Below are positions 37,801 through 52,300 of a stretch of 64,000 bases of DNA, piece by piece. Each line of letters opens with the position of its first letter. Positions within the stretch are counted from its first letter, which is position 1. The stretch comes from Azolla caroliniana. Lineage: Eukaryota > Plantae > Polypodiophyta. Location of the stretch: positions 8,494,001 to 8,558,000 of the forward strand of contig JBHGNT010000004.1 of NCBI GenBank assembly GCA_043228905.1, written 5' to 3'. The translations under genes were made by a program, and so were the position numbers. Below the pieces are notes generated by a model that worked only from the letters and a program-made list of their open reading frames with translations, was not told the DNA's origin and did no database searches.

Positions 37801-40800
37801 CTTGAGCAACCAACTTTTTCACAAATTCCCTTTTCATTGTCCAACTCTTGAAAACAATAGCATTGTCTTCCTTAGGAAATGCTAACAAATTTGGAAGAAG
37901 ATAACATTTGAATGCATTCCAAAAAACAATACTGTCCTTGTCACTAGGATACGACCAAACTCTTATTAGGTTTATCTAAACATATCAAGGATAGATGTAA
38001 TAAAGACAATAATAGCAACACCCACCCACATTCCTAAGGATGATGATATTCGACATTCGTATCAAATTTCTTCAATAATGTCAATGTGCTAAGAAAATGT
38101 TGCATCACTTCATTTCATTATCCATATCATATTTGTGTATCATTTATGCTTTCCATATGAAACTATCTATCTATTGACAATTTTGTAGCCGATCAAACCC
38201 AAAACTCAAACATATCTAAATTTTTTTTTTTGTAGTGCAAGCATATAGTAATCTCATTTGCCATATTCTACATCACACATAAGGGTATTTTAAGCGTATA
38301 TTATGCCTAGAAATTAATCTCATTTGCCATATTCTAGATCATACATAAGGGTATTTTATAGCCACAAGCTTCCCCTTCAAACATTTATCGAGATGATACA
38401 ATATAAAATACACAGGTGTTGTAGGTTTATGAAATTAAAGCAAACCATCATTCTAATTTCTACTCCCTCCACTATGATTATTTGTTACAAAGCTTGTTGC
38501 ACTGCCACTGGCCAACCTTGGTTCATTTTATTGAGAGTTCTAATTTGCCAACAATCTCCAACTCTATAAGCATACCAACATTCCCCTCAATGATAACATG
38601 TCCTACATTGCTCCATGTGGGGTGCATTGTTAAGTTATTGTACCTGCATTATTTTGTGTTGTGGTGGTTAAGATGGTGAATGACAAACAACCATTATTTG
38701 AATGCAAAATGTGTTGCAAGAGGTCATGCAATTAGAGCACTCACTATTTTATGGTCTTTTTCATTATGTCATGATGAGCATGCTTACTTCTTTGTCTACA
38801 ATTCAGGGATAAGTGAAGGTAGAAAAATGTTAAGTGATTAAGAAACCAAATATATGTAGATAAATTAATGTCATGATGATGTTACAATGTCATATAGCCT
38901 CAACTTGCTAGTAGTATTGTTCTTGACATAAAAGACAATGAAAGATGATGGAGTCAACTTTTTTTCCCACCATATCACCTTTGTAGCAATGTTTCATTGT
39001 TATGTTTCCCATTTCCCATAGACATATAGATTTGTTAAATTCAATCTTTTCATATTTTGTCTGTGAACTCACACATTATCATCTTCTTTATACTTAAAAG
39101 CTCTCGTTTTGAACTTTCAAGTCATCAAAAATATTGAAATCCTTGCATCCTCACCCACTTATATTGATGGAAGTTAGCCATACATCTATGATGCATGTAT
39201 GTGTTGGGCAAACCGGATTTATAATAAAAGAACCTTCCTTGTGAGCACTTTGAGGAAAAATATGAAAAACTTAACATGCCAAAATATTGAGGCCAAGCAA
39301 GCCTATACGTATACATTTCGACACGAGATGAATAACAAAGAGAATGCACAATCCATTTGGTAGCATTCCCCTCATTAAAACTCAACATGACTTTTATGCC
39401 TCTTGGGGTTCCATAATATTTTGGTGAAGTCTATTTTGAGCTTCCACCCATGGATTTTTATCGTGCAAAGGTTTTCATCAAGATATATGAGTTATTTAAA
39501 GAATAGGAAATTGTACAACGAAAATGATGCTCATCACAATTGGAACTTGGTGTGAAGATGGTGGTCATCATACCTTAAGACTAAATCTATAGGTGCCCAA
39601 AAAAACTGAATCAAACTTTTCCTTTACATTGTGGTTCTTGTATTTGAACTACTTTTTATTATGTTTTCACTTTTCCAAATCTGGAAACCTAGCTTGGAAA
39701 CTTGCATGAAGAAACCTGTAGTTATTGCAATATGGTTGCTTGAGGGGGGGTTTGATGTGTCAGACAAATAAGTTATTGCCAATAGATTATTTATTTATAC
39801 TGCATTTGAAATAAAGACATGCCATGTTATGATTTCAATGTTACCAAAGCAACAAAGCACTTCGAAAACAATATTATCCAAAAATATCAATCCAAGTAGC
39901 ATTTAATCTATAAGAACCATATGATCATTCATATTTAATATTTCTTTTGAGCCATGATCTCAAACCATCCACATCTCATTTCTCAAGGGGTCCTTCAACT
40001 ATAGTTGACAAGCTTTAATCGGTTGTCATTAACACAATGGACCTAATAGGTGTGTCTACCACCAAGGTGCACATCCATATATGGACAAAAGGCCAAAACC
40101 GCTTTGTCAAATATACATTCTTAATGTTATATGTACTCTATTTACTTATGGGATTGGGCTTTTGACACTTTTTAATGGAAAGGATTCTTGAACAATTGAA
40201 TATCACTTGTCTAGATGCTGAATAATATTATCTCCACTTGCCTAACTTAAAGGACTTCTTATGGCCATATAATAGTTTAAAACGATGTACGTCCGAATGT
40301 CTAAACTCGAGAAAATATTCCTTCATATTCTGCTTGGACCATTGTCGAAGCCACTTTCACCTTTCAAGGTCTTATTTCTAGTAAAATATATATGCTAATA
40401 TGGTCATGTTGGAAATTGGAATCTTCAACCGTAAAAGAAAGGTTAACTTTCATGATCAATTCACGAATAAGATAGACCTATTTAATAAACTTGTTTGTAC
40501 AATATTCTCAAAGACCTTATGAGCCTTCACCATCACCCTTTCGGTATCAATCATGTCGAGACCAAATGACATATAGAGTTGAGCTAGGATTCTTGGCAGT
40601 TGTTATAGAGGAAATATCCTTTTCAAGCTTTATAAACCTCCTCCCTTGAGTTAGATTTCTATAATTGTCCTAAAAACATTCCTATAAGGATCATTGTTAG
40701 AGAGTCTTGAGGATTGCCAACCTTTAAAGGTCAAATAATAGTGACGAAAACATTTCTAGAAGTGTCCTCAAGAAACATAGCTTCTAAAACAAATACATTA

Positions 40801-41446
40801 GCAAGGACATTGAATGATTTGAGGAGTTGGTTCTCCTCTTCCTAGATGCCACTTCTTTTAGCTCAATATTCTCCATTTCATATCCTTATGCTAAGGGTTT
40901 CCCAACTTACTAATAAGGTTGTAATATATTGATGTAAATTTAAAGCTCAATGAAATAAAGCAAACGCTAAATCGAAAATGGAGTTTGCATCTATGCATAC
41001 AATGCATGTTATGCATAGCAACCTCCAGTGAATAGAATATGAAACTTCTTCAAATTAGGTAACATTGTATGCAAGAAACTATTACAAATCCTATCATTTC
41101 AACTAAGGTTGTACTACATAAGTTACCAAACATATATGAAAGTTAATATAACCCAATTAATGGGGCAATTAGTAGGACCATTCAACACCGATGTACTACA
41201 ATTAGTAAACAAAATTGGTAAGATCCCAATACACAATGTGGCATTAATTCTTTCAAGAAAGGTATACGACAAGAACATAAGACCGCAGACCTTTAGTGGA
41301 TATCAACATGATTTATAGTGCAATTGTGTTGTATACAATCTCTAGTGTGATGTGCCTTCATACATATTATGTAGTGGAATGCAAATGGGGATGAAAACTA
41401 CTAGATGTTTTGAATCTCCATATCTTATGTTATATGGACAACTAAG

Positions 41447-44400
41447 TGTTGGGATAAAAGTCCCACTCTGCCCATATTGTATCTCTAGTGCGAAGACCGA
41501 GTTAACCTAACTATAAAAGTAGGTAATTGAACATTGTAAATGGAAGTTCGGCAGGTAATTGTAAATTTGAGTCTCTTGAGCAAACTTTGTGTAATTGTCT
41601 TCTTGTTTCTTTTCTCTCTGCATATTTTGTGTTGACCAAATCTTCTCCATTGCTTCTTGGCGTTTGTTTGATCTCATTATAAGATCCTAACTGCTTCCCC
41701 GTCGCAAGCTGATTAAGACGACACCATAGTATTCTTCTTCAAATGGTATCAAAGCTTGACGGGTTTGGCAACAACACAAGGAGAAGAAGAGTTAGCTGAA
41801 GGAAAGGACCAAGCCAGAAATCTCACTTCCTACAGAATATGGCATCTACATCTGGCACATGTGTGGAAATCCGGAAATTGATGGCAAAAACTTTGCCCCT
41901 GTGGAAGAAGATGATGCCGGATGTGGTAATCATTTGGCGACAAGTTGAAGCAATACGACACAACAATAAGCCGACTTTAATGATAATAGAGGAACATCAA
42001 TCTTTGGATGAAATAGTTGCAAAAAACGTCTACTTCAGTATGGCGAAAGAGACATCGGCATATGCCCCATGGGAGAAGGTGCAGACTGTCTACGAGAATC
42101 TCATTCTCATCAAAACTCAATATGAAGATGAAGGAATCTGAACCGGCAACCTCCCATATCAACACCTTTAGCCGGGCGTTGTCCGAAATCTCCTCTCAAA
42201 GGCTAAATTTTGAAGAAGAAGTGAAGGACCTTACACTTCTCTCGAGCTTGCCGGCAAGTATTTTGCACGACGTTCACAAATAGCTTGCCGAAATTGAGTC
42301 TAGACGAAGCTATTGGAATGATCTTGTCGGAAGATATCCGATGAAGGTCAATGGGATTGTCCAGTGACAACTCTACAGAAGCCCACTTCTTGGCATAATC
42401 GGCTCAGAGAGCAAGTCGAAGCCAGAGCTGACCGAATAGGAGAGAAGACAGACAATGATCAAAGTCATGATCCGGTAGGCCGAATGCCTTCTGCACACAT
42501 TATAGAAATTAACATGCCATATATTTTTGGAATGCTCTTTGTGTTAGCTTTCTTTTTTTTCCTATTTTTTTCTACTTTTTTAACTTTTGAAAGATCGCTT
42601 CTAACTTTTTATCTTTTTATCATTTATTTCAAAAGTTGACTTCACAATATTAGTTTATTTGAATTACTACTTTATTCTCTTTTGATGGTGGTTTCACACT
42701 ATGTGTTGAAAACAACGACAACGTACCTGAGCTAAAAGGGAGTTTGGGCTCCATCGGCATGCTAGCTAAAGAAGGGTATAGGACGACACTAAGTGAGTCG
42801 TCATGGAAGATCACTAGAGGAAATCTCAAAATCAGCCATGGCGGCAAGTACAATAACTTGTATCCGCTTATAGTGATAAGTTCAGAGGGATCACTCAATG
42901 TAGCCGAAATGTCGACTGCAACACTATGGCATGGCTGACTCAACCACATGTCACAATCCAGATTAGAACGGTTATCGGCAATTGGCGACATACCGAAACT
43001 CCATCAAACTGAAATGGACTTCTATGAGCATTGCTGATATGGGAAATAGACATGAAGTTCACACTCAATCTATTATGAGATGGTATGACAACCCCTAGAA
43101 TTGGTCGGGCACCGATATTTGTGGGCCGATGCTCGAAAGATCATTAGGAGGCTCCCGGTACTTCACCACATTCGTTGATGATTGTACACAGAAAGTTTGG
43201 GCTTACTCGATCAAGTCCAAAGACGAAGCACTTGAAGTTTTCGCTCGGTGGTTAGCTGAAGCAGAAAATAGATCTGGCCATAAAGTGAAGACATTGAGGC
43301 CAGACAATGGAGCTGAATACACCTCCAAAGCCTTCGAAAAGTAATTGTCTGAAAAGGGGATCTGGCATCAAAAGACCGTTCCCTACACCCCGATGCAGAA
43401 TGTAGTCAAACGGATGAATCGAACCATCCAAGAGAGAGTGACGACAATACTCTAGTAGGTTGGACTAAAGCTGGAGCATAGTTGTTAAAAAATGTGTAGT
43501 CTACGTTTTAGAATACTTTGGTATTCTACACGTATTCTATGTTTTAGAGCTTCCGTTTTTAAAATTTTGACGTATTCTACGCATTCCACGTATTTATAAT
43601 TTCAAAAAAGTTTAAAATTTTCTTTTGAAAAAAAAACTTTACAGTTTAAGAAGTATTTAATGCATTTTACAAGTATTCTACACTTATTCTACATATTCTA
43701 TACGTATTCTAAGTATTTAACGTATTTAACATATTTTTTCTATAAAATACGTATTCTAAGTATTTTAGAAAATGAAGTTAGAATACTTGTAGAATACTTT
43801 ACATACGTATTCTACACGTATTTTTTGCTAAGTATTTTGCAACAATGAGCTGGAGTTTTAGGCCGACGCATTGCAAATGATAGTTTACTTAATCGATTTG
43901 TCACCATTGAAAGCAATTCGGCTCCAGGTGCCACAAGCAATATGGTTGGGAAAACAACCGACCTACAATCGGCTTCGTATATTTGGGTGCGAAGTCTATG
44001 CCTTCATTCCAAGGGAGAAAAGGACCAAATTGGCACACCATTTGACGAAATGTATATTTTTCTATTATGGAACCGATGGGGAATTCGATTATCGGCAATG
44101 GGATCCGAAGAACTAGAAATTGATATGGAGTAATGACATAGTCTTCAACGAAGACTCAAATCTCTCCGACTGATCCCAACCAAAAATCAACAAAAGGTCA
44201 TTTTCGATCTTTCGAACTATGAATTTGTAGAAGACATGCCGATTGCCGAATACGAATCGGCTATCTAGTGAATGCTGAAGCCAAATTGGTTAGCAACCCC
44301 CCAAGCGAACTCGAATTGGTGAAAGGTCCAATAGACGACTCCAAATCGGCTAGAAAATTGATTTAGAGTTGAATCAACTAGGATGTCAAACAACCTACCC

Positions 44401-45391
44401 AAACCAGCCAAGGCACCCACTAATTGGTCAATTCTTGAGGAAGAGGGTGATCCAAAACCAAGGCCGATGATTGCCGTAGCGGATCCCCGCCATGATATCC
44501 TTCACAAAAAGGTTCACAACATGACACGAAGGAGATCAGGACGAGTCCGAAGGCCGACAAAGTTCTATCGACCAGGCCTAGACTACATCAACTACATGGA
44601 TGCAGGAGAATCAAGCACTTATGAAGAATCAATCTCTGGACTGGATGCCGACACATGGCCACAAGACATGAGGTCTGAAATGGACTTGATTAAAGAGAAT
44701 GATACATGGGAGTTGGTTCAATTACCAATCGGAAGGAAGCCGATGCCTTGTAGATGGGTGGTTTCCAGATACACATACATATTTGGTTTGGACAAACCCA
44801 AGTACAAAGTTCGGCTTGTCGCAAAAGGTTTCAAGCAGGAACATGGTGTGGACTACGACGAGATATTTTCTCCAGTAGTCAAAATGATGCACCTTCGGTT
44901 CCTACTCGGAGTCGTAGCGATGGAAGACCTAGAGCTCGAGCAGATAGACGTAAAGACGTCGTTCCTTCACGGAGATCTGGAAGAGGACATATACATGTCC
45001 TAGCTGACAGGCTTCACGGCGATGGGGGAGGAAGGTCACCTTGTGTGCTGATTAAGGAAAAGCCTTTACATCTTAAAACAAGCACCAAGGATGTGGTATC
45101 AGAAGTTCAACTCCTACATTTGGCAACTTGGATATAGTTGGTCTGACTCCGACACATGTATGTATATTCGGCAACTGATCGACGAGTCTTGGATCTACCT
45201 GATCCTTTATGTCGATGACATGCTTATTGCCGACAACGATAAAGCAAAAATCTGGAACCTGAAGCAGAGCATTCATTAGAAATTCTCAATGAAGGAACTC
45301 ATAGAAGCCTAACACATACTAGGCATGAGGATAGAGCGAAATCGGATGAAGAAGATCCTTCGACTCTCCCAATCCGATTATATTTGAAAGG
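41447..45391 (+). mobile_element. Degenerate Ty1/Copia element A (5' LTR 41447-41741, iMet PBS, gag-int-RT), cut by element B
   Basis: tgttgg...cttca, PBS tggtatcaaagc at 41744. Integrase SLGGSRYFTTFVDD..TLRPDNGAEY. RT KVRLVAKGFKQ..QIDVKTSFLHGDL..LYVDDML. Confidence 0.85.
43477..43847. mobile_element. hAT-type MITE (371 bp)
   Basis: 8-bp TSD agctggag at 43469-43476 and 43848-43855. Imperfect TIRs catagttgttaaaa / ttttgcaacaatg. Internal acgtattct repeats; no coding capacity. Confidence 0.85.
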
Positions 45392-45595
45392 TGTCAAATA
45401 CGGGTCTGTAACGATCGTATTCACATTGTCCCTTTGGACAGTCTAGGTTTAGGACATCTTTGTAAATATGTCAAAGGGTAGTTACCCTAGCCCAGTTAGT
45501 ATATAACGGGCTTTGTAACCTAGTTCATAGAGTTGTTGCTATTGTTTGAGAGCTATTGCCTCCATTGTATTGTAATGACTGAATAATACCGTTAC

Positions 45596-45645
<50 letters not shown>

Positions 45646-46380
45646 TCTCTCTCATTCTATTCTTCGATCTTGCCTTCACTTGTGCACTTGGTGATCATCA
45701 TCTCAAGGCGCCGTTGATGTTTCCGCAATGACGGCCTCAAATCCCAATATCTGGTATCAGAGCAGAGGTTCTTCAAGTCGATGCCAACTCTTATCAGTCT
45801 TCAACATCATTCTTGCTTCCTCCCCCGTAAAGAACTTGAGTTCAAGATATCATCCTGAGAAGAGAAAGAAAACCGAAGATTTGCACTGCACCGAGCTAGA
45901 TCACTCTTAAGATAAGCCATCCGATAGTACCTTGCTTTCGTGATTGCAGCCACTCAGAGTGGAATCTCTATCAAATCGGCCTCGATCGTGCTTTACCAGG
46001 TTAGACACTATCTAGTAATCTATTGTAACCTCTCAAAGCAGATCCAACTCCAAGGAACAACCCCAATCCGTGCTTCATTCAGCTGAACGACATTTGGGAG
46101 GACCAGTTGGCTCCGTCCCTCTCATCGTTGTAGTCACCCAAAGCACGATTGACCTCGATAATCGACACAAAATCTGTGATCGACATCTCGAAATCGGCAT
46201 TGGAATCAAATCGATAGATTCAATTGTCCAACTCGGTAAGTCAATTCCTCTTGTGTTTGAATCCGACTAGAACGATATCAGGTGAGCCGGTCGGCTTCAT
46301 CCCACTACCGTTTGTAGTCAAATCCGAACAGAGTCTAACAAGTCGACACGGATGGCATCAACGTCCGGCTCGTCAGAGAT

Positions 46381-49300
46381 TGTAAAAGATTATGTGCGGA
46401 AGCAATAGAAAACCAAACACACAGAGAATGCGTAGGTTTAATGGAGAGCTTGAGTATACACAGTACGCGGGAGAGACAGAGAGAGAGAGTAAAAACACTA
46501 GAACTTAATTCAAAAAATAATACTCAATCTGTACATAGGATGTGCTCAGTGAGCACTTTTATACAAGCCCTGACAATCGGGTTGACACAAGTATTGACAG
46601 TACTTGACTGCTCATAAATGAGCCTCGACACTTACTCCCAAAACTATTCCTTACGAGGAATATCTTTGTAACGGCCTCGCGGTTTACGCACCGCTACGAC
46701 CATGTTATGCATACTGAGTTTACGCACCTAGTCTACGCACTAGTTACGCATCGTTTTACGCACAAATGTTGAGCTTGTCTCTCAACACTCCCCCTCAAGT
46801 TGAGCTTGAGGTTCCGCCTGCTTCGCCGGATCTACGCTCCGGCTTCTCCTGGCTCCACGCCTCGCTCACGCTCCTTGGCCTGTTTGACTCCGCGCGCTTC
46901 GATCCTTCCGATCGGCTTGTCCGCTCCCATGACCCTTCACAGCTCCCTTGTTGTCGCGGTGTTGGCGCTTCGCAGTGATTTAGTGTATCTGAATCAAACA
47001 TCCGAACCGACTCGGCTACCTCCGATCGGTTTCCGCTCATGTCCGAGTTGGCTGTCTCCAACTCGTCTTTGGTCTTCTTGCCCTTGATGGCGTCATCTCC
47101 CCCATGCTTGGTTGGCTTTGGCTCTTTCTTCTGGCTGCTCCCCTTATGTCTGCTTTCGGACTCTTCCATGGATCCGCCCTCGGCTTCTTCAGCCGATCCG
47201 AAGTCGAATTCGTCATTCGACTCGAAGTCGCGGTCTTCTCCGCTCCTTTCCTGCTTACTTCCTTGGTCATTCAGGACGACGTCTCTCCCCCTCAAGTTCG
47301 GCACGTCGAGGTGACGCAACCCAAGCGGACCCGAGAATTGCCGCAACTTGTCCAGACCAAGAGGCTTGGTGAAGATGTCGGCGGTCTGCCGATTTGTCGG
47401 AACATGCTGAAGTTTGACGTCACCAGAAAGGACACGCTCACAGACGAAATGGTAGTGCACCTCAATGTGCTTGGTCCGTGCGTGGAAAACGGGGTTCTTC
47501 GCGAGCTGGATGCTCCTGAGGTTGTCGCAGTAGATCATCGTTGGATTAGACACCTCTACCTGCAGATCCTTAAGTAGCTGCTTCAACCATACGGCTTCGC
47601 ATGTTGCGACAACCGCTCCTCTATACTCAGCTTCGGTGCTCGACAGTGCAACTGTCGGTTGCTTCTTACTGCTCCACGCGATCGCGACACTCCCAAGAGA
47701 GAACACGTATCCGGACGTGGATCGGCGATTGGCAGCGTTGCCAGCCCAATCAGCATCGGTGTAGCCGACCAACTGCGGGGCTAGACCGGTCCGAAATAGC
47801 AGTCCCCGGTCCTTAGTGCCGCTTATGTACCGCAGTACGCGTTGCGCACACTGAAGGTGCTCCTCGGTAGGTCGCGCCATAAACTGACTGATCACCCCGA
47901 CCGGATAACTAAGATCGGGTCGGGTGATTGTCAAGTAGATAAGGCTTCCGACAATTTGTCGGAACCTTGTCGGATTGCAAACCTTGCCGGAATTGGGGCG
48001 AACCTTGACGGTTCTATCCAAAGGAGTCGAGATGGACTTACAGTCGGCCATCCCGAATTTGAAGAGCATATTCAGCGCGTAATGCCGTTGGCTGATCAAT
48101 ATGCCTTTGGGGGTGCGGATCACTTCGATCCCGAGGAAGTAATGAAGGTCCCCTAGATCCTTCATGTCGAATGATGCTGCAAGCTAGAGCTTCACGCGGT
48201 CGATTTCACCTAGGTCGGCGCCGGTGATGACCAAGTCATCAACATATAGTAAAATACTGACCGGCCTGAGTCGACCTTTCCGAACGAATAGTGAGGAGTT
48301 TGATTTTGACGTCGCAAAGCCCATCCGACGTAGCCGATGCGTGATCTTCGCGTTCCAGGCACGCGGGGCTTGCTTCAATCCGTAAAGGGACTTCTTCAAT
48401 CAGCACACTGTCGACGTGTTCATTCCGGAGTGAAATCCAGGGGCATGTACCCTATACACTTGGTCCTCAAGCTCACCTTGCAGGAACACATTCTTTACAT
48501 CCATCTGATGTAAGTGCCACCCCTTGGCCGCGGCTACCACGAGCAAAACACGGACGGTCGTCATCTTCGCGACCGGCGCAAACGTCTCATCATAATCGAT
48601 GCCGTGCTTCTGCGCGTAGCCTTTTGCCACTAACCGGGCCTTGTATCGGTTGACCGAGCCGTCGGTGTTGTACTTGACCTTGTACACCCACCTACATCCG
48701 ATCGGCTTCACACCCTTTGGTGTGTCAACCAGGTCCCAGGTCTCGTTTTCCACCAATGCGTGCATCTCTTCCTCCATCGCGGCGCGCCAATTCGCGTCCT
48801 TAACCGCTTCTGCGTAGCTCTCCGGCTCACGAACTTCCGCTACACGGGTCATGTATGCATAGTGATGCGCCATGTACTCGTTGTATCCGAACCGCACAAC
48901 TGGATTCTTCTGGTGGTTAGATCGGTGTAATCGGTCATTAGCCGATGTGGAGGTCTTCTCGGCTGACGCGGACTTCGCTCCATCACAACTTCCCTCGGAG
49001 TCGGACTCGCGTCGATTCGACTCGTTTCTATCCGTGCCGTAATCTGACACCTTCTTCTTCCCTTTTTCTTTGCGCGTGAGCCGTCTCCTCGGCTTCCTGC
49101 GCGGGGAATGTACGGCCGAGTCTCCACTACTCGCCGACTCTTCATCGGACTGGTCGAAACGACTCAATTGTCCATTCGGTCCACTTAACCGAAACGAAAT
49201 CAGACTCTCTTCGGGGGTCCCGATTTCAGGCTCAGCCAGAGGTACCTCGGCCTCGCTGTCCTCATCGTCAGAACTTGGATTGGAGGTGAGGTCCGGAGTC

Positions 49301-52300
49301 GGAGGCAAGTACCAGTACGCGGATTCATCAAACAAAACGTCGCGGCTCAAGCGCGCTTGTTTGGTACGCGGGTTATAGCACTTATAACCCTTTTGCTCGT
49401 CCGAATAGCCGACCAGAATACACTTCTCGGCTTTCGTGTCCAATGTCCTCCTTTTCTCCCTCGGCACATGCACATACACAATGCTACCGAAAACTCGTAA
49501 GTGTCGCAAGTTCGGCTTCATTCCGAAATATAGCTCGTGCGCTGACACTTTGTCTCCGATCCAGTTCTGGATGTATACCGCGGTCCTTACTGCCTCGAAC
49601 CAGTAGAACTTGGGCAAGCTCTTCTCCTTTAGCATTGCTCATGCTGCTTCCACAACCGACCGATTCTTCCTCTCGGCCACGCCGTTTTGCTCCGGCGTGT
49701 ATCTACAACTGAATTCACGCCGAATTCCCATCTGTTGCAGATAACTGTTGAATTGACTGGAAAAGTACTCTTTTCCGCCATCCGACCATAGGCACTCGAT
49801 CTTTCGTCCTGTTTCTGTTTCCACGAACCCTTTCAGGTCCCGGAAACAGTCGAAGACTTCGCTCTTCCTCTCAATGAGGTAGATCCACGTGTGCCGCGTG
49901 TAGTCGTCAATGAAGGAGATGAAGTATCGGTTCCCGCCAACGCTAATGTTTTGTGCCGGATCCCACACATCGGAGTGTATCAAGTCGAGCTTGTTCTGGC
50001 TCTGGTTACGCTCGTTGGGGAAGGGAAGTTGGTGTTGCTTCCCAAGCTGGCAGGCTTCACAAATTTGTGCCTTCCGGCCACTGAATTTGGGCAATCCGAA
50101 CACCACCTATTTCGATTGCAAGTCTTGAAGCCGTTGGTAGTTGACGTGTCTATCCGCTTGTGCCATAAGTCGATGTCCGACTCGACTTTTTGTCCCTTCG
50201 CGAACATTGCGGTGCCACCGTCAGTAGAGTCGAGGATGAACATCCTCCCATCTCTGCGCCCTTGCGCAATAACATGGCCTTCTTCCTCAATGAAGCATCC
50301 GAGGTGTGTAAACCGAACCTGCATCCCTTGGTCGACGATCTGCCCGACCGACACCAGATTCTTCATGATTGTTGGAGCGTGTGGCACGTTCATGAGTTTC
50401 CCTTTCTGCCCGACATGGCTCAGGGGAACTTCTCCGACATTCGCAATCGGATGCGGAGTGTCGTCTTCGGCTGCGACTACTCCTGGTTGCGTCGGTTTTT
50501 CTAGGTACGAGAACCACTCCTTATGGCTCGTCATGTGATTTGACGCGCCGGAATCAACGTACCACACCTCGTCCGGTTTCAGGGTGGTCTGCTTCATTGA
50601 GTTTGCTTTGTGTCTCATCACGAAGGCAGACCCTTTTCCGGCTTTTCCGGATCCTTCGGCGTAGTGCGATCGGTGCCGGTTTCGTTTTCGGTATGTCTGG
50701 AACCAGATCCGGAACCGGTCCTCTCTGATTCGGCATGCTTTTTCCAGCACTCGGTCTCCCTGTGGCCTTTCTTGCCATAGTACCAACATTCCTCGGCGGA
50801 TTTCCCTTGCCGGTTCTCGTCGTCTCGACTCCCCCTGTTTCCGGAGGGTCTGGAATTGCTGTCGGCATCACTTCGGTGCCTTCTTCCTTGATCCCGTCGG
50901 CCGCCTCCATTGCGTACCGACTCGCCTTGTCCTCCACGTCCACGGGGCCTATCTCCCTCCGTGTACAACATCTTGTTGTCGGTGTGCGTGCTCGTTGACG
51001 CACCCGCGTGGTTCTCCTCTACCAGGAGCATCGACGGTAAGTCGAAAAAGGACGACGTATTCTCCTGGGTACACACAACAGTTCGGAACGCCCCGAACTC
51101 TGATGCCAAACCCCTGAGACAAACCTGGACCATCTCGCTTTCCTCGATGTTCACATTGATGGAGGCTAAGGAGTCGCATATGTCCTTGATCTTCGAGGTA
51201 TAGTTAGCCACCGAAAAATCGCGTTGTTATAGGTTGCTTAACTCCTGTCGGAGCTGAAGCTTCCTGGTTGTGGTGCTCGCGGCGAAGATCTTATTCAGAT
51301 TTTCCCACGCACCCTTCAACGTCTTTGCATCCCGAACGTAGCTTAATAGCTGTTCGCCCACACAAGACGCGAAACAGTACAACACTCTACTCGCCAATTG
51401 TTCCCACGCCGGGAAGTCTTTGTGTGTCGAATCAGGTGCTGTGTCATTTGCTCCATCGACATAGCTCCAGTAACCGTGTCCGAGCAGGTACTGGTGCATC
51501 TTGTAAGACCAACATGCGTAGTTGTTTCTGTCGAGCTTCTCCGTCGGAAGCGAGCTAGCCATACCTCTGTCCATTGGTTTTTTTGTTGTTCTGCGTTGGT
51601 TTTCCCTTCAAGTAAAGTCGGCTGCAGAGGTTCTCAACCCTCGCGCTCTGATACCATGTAAAAGATTATGTGCGGAAGCAATAGAAAACCAAACACACAG
51701 AGAATACGTAGGTTTAATGGAGAGCTTGAGTATACATAGTACGTGGGAGAGACAGAGAGAGAGAGTAAAATCACTAGAACTTAATTCAAAAAATAATACT
51801 CAATCTGTACATAGGATGTGCTTAGTGAGCACTTTTATACAAGCCCTGACAATCGGGCTGACACAAGTACTGACAGTACTTGACTGCTCATAAATGAGCC
51901 TCGACACTTACTCCCAAAACTATTCCTTACGAGGAATATCTTCCTAACGGCCTCGCGGTTTACGCACCGCTACGACCATTGTTACCGGCCGACAAAGGAG
52001 TCCAGAGTGTGAAACAGGGAGTTATTTAATTATTAGGAATGGTTGTAAGTAAGCTATGAGTGTGGACAGACGGACCAGAATCGGTATGCCGTTCCGGATC
52101 CGGACCGATCCCGAACAGGTGCGGATGGCACCGTTTTGTACTACAGACTGGAAACCTATTTAAAGGCCCGGATACAATGTAATGAGAAGCGATTAATTAA
52201 TAAAGCTTAGTGTTTTTATCTCTGTGTGTTAATTGTCGTTCTGCATTCATTGTTATATCTTATGCGTGTGATTATTAAGGATGATCTTACTAAGTAGCCT

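Noticed and set aside
35000-41400. Many 60-120 aa ORFs in an AT-rich stretch
   Set aside because: No recognisable domain, splice structure or termini; probably ancient TE debris that needs a translated search.
46766-51893. Numerous plus-strand ORFs over Copia C
   Set aside because: Antisense shadows of a GC-rich retrotransposon ORF.
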